From Aphanothece sp. (GTDB lineage: Bacteria > Cyanobacteriota > Cyanobacteriia > PCC-6307 > Cyanobiaceae), in the NCBI GenBank assembly GCA_040373885.1, contig JBEIVL010000001.1, positions 14,780 through 78,779 of the forward strand: a DNA stretch of 64,000 bases, read 5' to 3'. The notes under the pieces are model-generated. The model had not been told where the DNA came from and ran no database searches. It saw nothing but the letters and a program-made list of their open reading frames with translations. Made by a program: the position numbers and the translations under genes. Positions 59,539 through 64,000 of this stretch are shown here, piece after piece. How positions within the stretch are numbered: the first letter of the stretch is position 1; each line of letters begins with the position of its first letter.

Positions 59539-60087
59539 ATGCCGTTCCTGCCGTCACTTTCGAACCCCCGCCGCGCCTGCCGCAGGGCACGAGCCGCCTG
59601 GTCCTGGTTGGGCAGCGTTGTGGTGCTTGGCAGCCTGGCGCCTGCGCCGCTGCTGGCGGCCGCGCCGGCCCCCAGCGAGACCCTGCTCTACAAGTTGGCC
59701 ACCACCTGCTCCGTGGCGGGGGCGCCCCCGGTCAACTGCAGCGTCGAGGTGGTGGATGAGGGCTCCAGCACCCTCTACCGGCACATCATCGGCAAAACCA
59801 GTCAGATCGTGCGTATCACCGACGATCCGGTGACCATGACCCTCTGGGATGGCTCCGCCAAGCGCTGGGAGACGCTGCGCAACGCATCGGCGCGCTTCTC
59901 ATCCAACACCATCTGCTTCAACGACCGCGAGCTCTGCGTCATCAACCCCAATTACCTCAACAGCATTCGCCAGGACGACCCCAAGGGGCGCTTCCGTGGC
60001 CGTGACCTCATCAAAGTGCACTTCGACGCGACCGGCCGCATCGATGCCTCCTGCTTCGACGACGCCTGTGCCCTGGTGAAGCCATGA
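59539..60087 (+). CDS. Secreted Cys-containing hypothetical protein
   Basis: Signal-like N-terminus; Cys pairs, CFNDRELCVINPNYLNS, CFDDAC. Confidence 0.7.
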   Translation: MPFLPSLSNPRRACRRARAAWSWLGSVVVLGSLAPAPLLAAAPAPSETLLYKLATTCSVAGAPPVNCSVEVVDEGSSTLYRHIIGKTSQIVRITDDPVTMTLWDGSAKRWETLRNASARFSSNTICFNDRELCVINPNYLNSIRQDDPKGRFRGRDLIKVHFDATGRIDASCFDDACALVKP

Positions 60088-61118
60088 AAGCGCTCTCCCA
60101 GTTCTGTGTTGTCTTGGCCGGCGTGCTGGCCCTGCCTGCGCTGCCCTCCGGGGCAGCCCTTGTCCAAGACCAGCCTGCCTTGTCTGCGGCGGCGGGTCCG
60201 GGCCTGATCGCTCGTGGCGGCGGCGGCGGTGGTGGTCGCGGCGGTGGTGGATTTGGGGGGGGCGGCGGGGCTCGCGGCGGCGGTGGATTTAGGGGCGGTG
60301 GCCACAGCGGCTTCAGTGGGGCCGGTTCCTCCAATGGATTCAATCGTGGTGCCAGCCGGCCCCAGGGGGGCTGGGCCGACAACAGTCGGGGCTCCCGCGG
60401 CGGCGCTGGCCCCTCCCTCGATCGCCAACCGATCAGCCGGCCCGATGGCGGCGTTCAAAGGCCTGAAGGCGGACTCGGCGCCAATCGGCCGGCCGGATCG
60501 CCCGGCCTAGGCGATCGTCAACCGGGATCATCGGCCAGCGGCAACCGCCTCGGCGATCGCAACCTGAATGGGGGGGATCGCACCTTCAACAGCGGCGATC
60601 GCAACTTGAACACTGGTGATCGCCGTTACAACTACAACGCCGGTGATCGCAATTTCAATGGCCAAGTGAATCGCAACTGGAACCGCACCGTCAACATTAA
60701 CAACGTCAATCTGCATCCCGGTTGGGCTCGCCCAGGTTGGGGTTACGCCCGTCCTTGGAACTACGGGTGGTACGGCGGCTGGGCCACCCCCGGCTGGGGT
60801 TGGTGGGGTGCATCGGCAGCCCTCTGGGGCGTCAGCACCCTGGCGAGCGCAGCGGTCATCAACGCCGCTGTCGATTACGCCGTGGCCAACAGCACGACCT
60901 ACATCGTGGTGCCGAATTCGGCTTACCAGCTGCAATTCGGCACAGTGCAGCCCTACGGGACCGCCGGCGTCAGCTTTGTGGTCACCGCCAACGGCATCAG
61001 CTACCAGATGACCGCCGATTGCAGCAATGGTCTGCTCAACGGTGCCCAGCCCGCCAGTGCCCAGGAGGCGGAACTGCTCAACTCCGCCTGTCAGGTGGCC
61101 TTCGGTAACGCCAGCTGA
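60084..61118 (+). CDS. Secreted Gly-rich low-complexity protein
   Basis: ATGA-coupled; signal peptide, RGGG tract, GDRNxN repeats, W/G/Y-rich segment, C-terminal domain with two Cys. Confidence 0.75.
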   Translation: MKALSQFCVVLAGVLALPALPSGAALVQDQPALSAAAGPGLIARGGGGGGGRGGGGFGGGGGARGGGGFRGGGHSGFSGAGSSNGFNRGASRPQGGWADNSRGSRGGAGPSLDRQPISRPDGGVQRPEGGLGANRPAGSPGLGDRQPGSSASGNRLGDRNLNGGDRTFNSGDRNLNTGDRRYNYNAGDRNFNGQVNRNWNRTVNINNVNLHPGWARPGWGYARPWNYGWYGGWATPGWGWWGASAALWGVSTLASAAVINAAVDYAVANSTTYIVVPNSAYQLQFGTVQPYGTAGVSFVVTANGISYQMTADCSNGLLNGAQPASAQEAELLNSACQVAFGNAS

Positions 61119-61121
61119 GCT

Positions 61122-62003
61122 TCAAGCGTCCGCGTTGGCGCTGGACGAATCGAGCGTCGCTTCGTCCTTCAGCCAACGTAGGAAAGGAATGGTGAGCAGC
61201 TCCCGAATCAGCAGGAAACACAGGATCCCCACCTTCACAGGTTCAGGGGTGGGGGCATACATGGAGGCGAACAACAGAGCCAGGCCCGGATTACGCATCG
61301 AGGTCAACAACGACCCCGTGACCCGATCGCGCTTGCCGGGTCCCCCCAGCCCATAACCGAGAAGCAACGAACCAAGAGCCACCACCACCATCACCAGCAG
61401 GGCGGGACCGTTGGCAGGGATGTAACCCGCCAGCAAGGGCAGGGTCCTGATCACCACCAGCACGATCAGCAGCAGCAGCAAGATCCCCGCCAGCTTCTCG
61501 ATCGGTGCTTCGAGCCGGTCGGCCAGGTCCGGGCGCCAGCGCCGCACCAGCAGGGCCAGGCCCAGCGGCAGCAACTGCACCAGGGCGATCTGCTTGGCCA
61601 CCTGGCGTGGTTCGATTTGCCAGCCCTGAACCCCGAAACTGCTGCGGAACAGATCGGCCAGCAGCGGGATCGACACGATTGCTGTCAGGGCCGCCAGCAC
61701 CTGCACAAGGGCGGCCAGATTGCGATCACCCCCATGATCCTTCGCCTTACGGAGGGTGAGGGGGGCGCTGGGGCAGAGAGCCATCAGGGCGATCGCCAGC
61801 TGGGCGGAGGGCGCCACGGCGGCGCCCAGGGGTCCCTTCAACACCAGCAGGGCCAATAGGGGCACCAGCAGGCAGGTGGCCAACAACAGCCTCCCGAACA
61901 ACCCGGCCCGCTTGCGGAGCAGGCCTCGCCAGTCCCCCTTCAATCCCAAGCCCAGGGCAAACATCAGGGCCAAGATCGGGAGCTGGAAGATCAGCTGGGG
62001 CAC
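61122..62003 (-). CDS. Bile acid:sodium symporter (BASS/Acr3 superfamily) transporter
   Basis: MFALGL, CPSAP, QLLPLGL, SMRNPGLAL; start uncertain. Confidence 0.8.
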   Translation of the reverse strand: MPQLIFQLPILALMFALGLGLKGDWRGLLRKRAGLFGRLLLATCLLVPLLALLVLKGPLGAAVAPSAQLAIALMALCPSAPLTLRKAKDHGGDRNLAALVQVLAALTAIVSIPLLADLFRSSFGVQGWQIEPRQVAKQIALVQLLPLGLALLVRRWRPDLADRLEAPIEKLAGILLLLLIVLVVIRTLPLLAGYIPANGPALLVMVVVALGSLLLGYGLGGPGKRDRVTGSLLTSMRNPGLALLFASMYAPTPEPVKVGILCFLLIRELLTIPFLRWLKDEATLDSSSANADA

Positions 62004-62115
62004 GGAGGAAAACCTGGAAACTCGCAGGGGCACGAACAGGTGGCCAGCCGATGCCGGGCACCGGGACGAGTCTGGATCGGGCAGGGCCTGGGGGCAAGGG
62101 CCATCCATGCGCCCG

Positions 62116-62538
62116 TCATTGTTCGCCTGGACCCGGCTGGGGCCACCAGGCGGGTCGGCGGGCAGGGGTTCCCCTCCCCATTTCGAGCCGCTGCTCGGTT
62201 TCGATCTCCTGGGCCAGAAACACGTTCAAGAAGGTGCGGATCACAGCCACCAGAGCCAGCTGCAGCAGATTGCGCTCCGAGGGGCTGGTGGTGGTGCTGA
62301 CGATGTCTGCTCCCAGCTGGAATTCGAGGGCCATCGCCAGCCAGCTGGCAAAGGTCAGCCTGGCCCGGGTGGAGGGGCGCGATGAAAGGCCTGGGCCGCG
62401 GCCCAGGCTGGGACGCACCTGGCCGAGGGTGAACAGCAGGCCCAACAACACGGTGATCACCGAAAGGCCTTCCAGCAGCAGGCGGGTCGAACGGGCCAGG
62501 TCCAGCAACAGGGGCTCGGCCAGGTGGGAGATCAGCAT
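62116..62538 (-). CDS. DUF1622 family membrane protein
   Basis: RLTFASWLAMALEFQLGADIVSTT.SP...LVAVIRTFLNVFL..EI. Confidence 0.87.
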   Translation of the reverse strand: MLISHLAEPLLLDLARSTRLLLEGLSVITVLLGLLFTLGQVRPSLGRGPGLSSRPSTRARLTFASWLAMALEFQLGADIVSTTTSPSERNLLQLALVAVIRTFLNVFLAQEIETEQRLEMGRGTPARRPAWWPQPGPGEQ

Positions 62539-62579
62539 CGGGCGCAGGGGCTCTGGGGGGATGATGCCGCAGGCGCCTG

Positions 62580-63188
62580 ATGCAAGCTTGGGGCCATCGT
62601 TGTTTGTCCCTGCCGATGGCAGCCCTGCCCGCGAGCGCCGAACTCCTGACTCTGGAACGGAGCGGCCGGCACCAGGGAACGGGCCTGGTGGCGGCCGATC
62701 TCCTCGGGATCTGGCGCCTGCGGCAGGTCTGGCCCCGCCGGGGCGGCGAGCCCTCCGGGCCCAGTAGTGCGCTGTTGCGGGGCCTCGGGGCCCGTCTCGA
62801 GATCAATGCCGCCGGCGATTCAGCCAACCCCCTGGACCGTGCCTGGCCCGGACCCGCTGGCCTGACTGGCCCGGGAGAGGGCTTGGGGCTCGTCAACGCG
62901 GTGAACCTGGGGGCCCTGGAATTGCGCTTCGTCGGGCGCGCCCGGCTGGCCGGTCCGCGGCCGTTGCTGTGGTTCGGATTTGATCAACTGCAGTTGCGCC
63001 TTGGGGCCAAGGTGTTGCTGCAACGCGCCCTGCCGCCAACGGCGCCCCAGCGCCAGCCCTTTTTCGCCCTGATCGGCAAGGGGGACGGCTGGCTGGCCGC
63101 CCGCGGCCGAGGTGGCGGTCTGGCGCTCTGGCAGTTGGAGGATCCCGTTTCACCCCAAGGCCCCCCTCCCTCTGCCGATGGACGCTAG
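62580..63188 (+). CDS. Conserved cyanobacterial hypothetical protein
   Basis: LLGIWRL...LVNAVNLG.LELRF.G...PFFALI...WLAARGRGGGLALW. Confidence 0.65.
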   Translation: MQAWGHRCLSLPMAALPASAELLTLERSGRHQGTGLVAADLLGIWRLRQVWPRRGGEPSGPSSALLRGLGARLEINAAGDSANPLDRAWPGPAGLTGPGEGLGLVNAVNLGALELRFVGRARLAGPRPLLWFGFDQLQLRLGAKVLLQRALPPTAPQRQPFFALIGKGDGWLAARGRGGGLALWQLEDPVSPQGPPPSADGR

Positions 63189-63194
63189 GGCGGA

Positions 63195-64000
63195 TTAGCT
63201 CAGGCGATGAATGGCGTTGTCGACCCGCAGGCGCCGCAGCGCCCCGGCGGGGGATTCACCGAAACGCAGTTGAAAATCGCGGCGGAAGCTGGCCACACTG
63301 AGGTAACCGCACTCCATGGCCACCGAGGTGATGGTGGTGCGGCTGCCCGAGGTGAGTAGGCGTTGCCTCGCCAGATCTAGCCGTTGGCGTCGGATGTATT
63401 GCATCGGACCACAGCCAAAACGTTGCCGGAAGCTGTATTGCAGGCTGCGGCGCGAATAATGGGACTGGCTCTCCAGGTCGCTGAGGCTGAGGGGCCGATG
63501 GCAGTTGGCGTCAATCCAGTCGATCAGGGCCTCAAAGGGCTCGTCCCGGCCTTGAGAGCGTCCGATCGCTTCTCTGGGGAGAGGCCCGAGCAAGAGGGCC
63601 ACCAGCCTGATCAGCAGGTCGTCGAGTCGCAGGTTCTCGGGCAGGGAGCCCTGGAACAGCGTTGCCGCATTCAACAGGCCCAGGGTGCGATACAGGCTGA
63701 CAAACAGGGCCTCGTTACCCACTTCGTCGCGCCGCAGCAGCTTGGCACCCTCAAGCAAACAGGCGGGCTCCTTAGGCGCATAAGGGCCCGCCATCACCTG
63801 CCGCACCTTGGCAATGGCGTTCCGGGGTACGCGCAGAACCACGCCAGCCAGCACATTGCTGCTGACATGCCAATCGCCCCCAGGCAGATACAGCAGCGTC
63901 GAACCGGACCGATTGTCGAGTTTCCTTCCGCCGAGATTGAAGTGTCCGATGCCTTGGTAAGGGACGCTCAATTGGGCATCGTCGACGCCCTCAACCCGGC
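63195..64000 (-). CDS. AraC-family transcriptional regulator (5' end beyond the window)
   Basis: WIDANCHRPLSLSDL...SRRSLQYSF...PMQYIRRQRL...ITSVAMECGY...F...FGESP; frame open to the window edge. Confidence 0.9.
   Translation of the reverse strand, partial: RVEGVDDAQLSVPYQGIGHFNLGGRKLDNRSGSTLLYLPGGDWHVSSNVLAGVVLRVPRNAIAKVRQVMAGPYAPKEPACLLEGAKLLRRDEVGNEALFVSLYRTLGLLNAATLFQGSLPENLRLDDLLIRLVALLLGPLPREAIGRSQGRDEPFEALIDWIDANCHRPLSLSDLESQSHYSRRSLQYSFRQRFGCGPMQYIRRQRLDLARQRLLTSGSRTTITSVAMECGYLSVASFRRDFQLRFGESPAGALRRLRVDNAIHRLS

Overview
GC-rich picocyanobacterial (Cyanobium/Synechococcus-like) chromosomal window. It is mostly core genes: ftsH, pyk, scpB, ilvA, dxs, psaK, csaB, a biotin cluster, rsmG, petC-petA-lgt-cobM, corA, pstS-ptrA-phoB-phoR, cysK, gor, amt plus a PII gene, arsS, hli, fur, larC and xth, interspersed with small accessory blocks. 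I saw no rRNA, tRNA, CRISPR, transposase or prophage. The most unusual items are: (1) one 755-aa ORF fusing BioF to a BioK/BioH-type esterase through a ~142-aa Thr/Ser/Ala/Pro linker; (2) a translationally coupled ExbB/ExbD/ExbD/TonB-like operon with degenerate proton-path residues and no receptor or tolB/pal nearby; (3) an amt-linked divergent PII with Thr49; (4) a two-gene secreted operon encoding an RGG/Asn-repeat/Trp-Gly low-complexity protein behind a 20-bp-period operator-like repeat; (5) a NitT/TauT-type ABC pair with no binding protein, next to a secreted hydrolase. All product calls come from motif recognition by eye. No database search was run.
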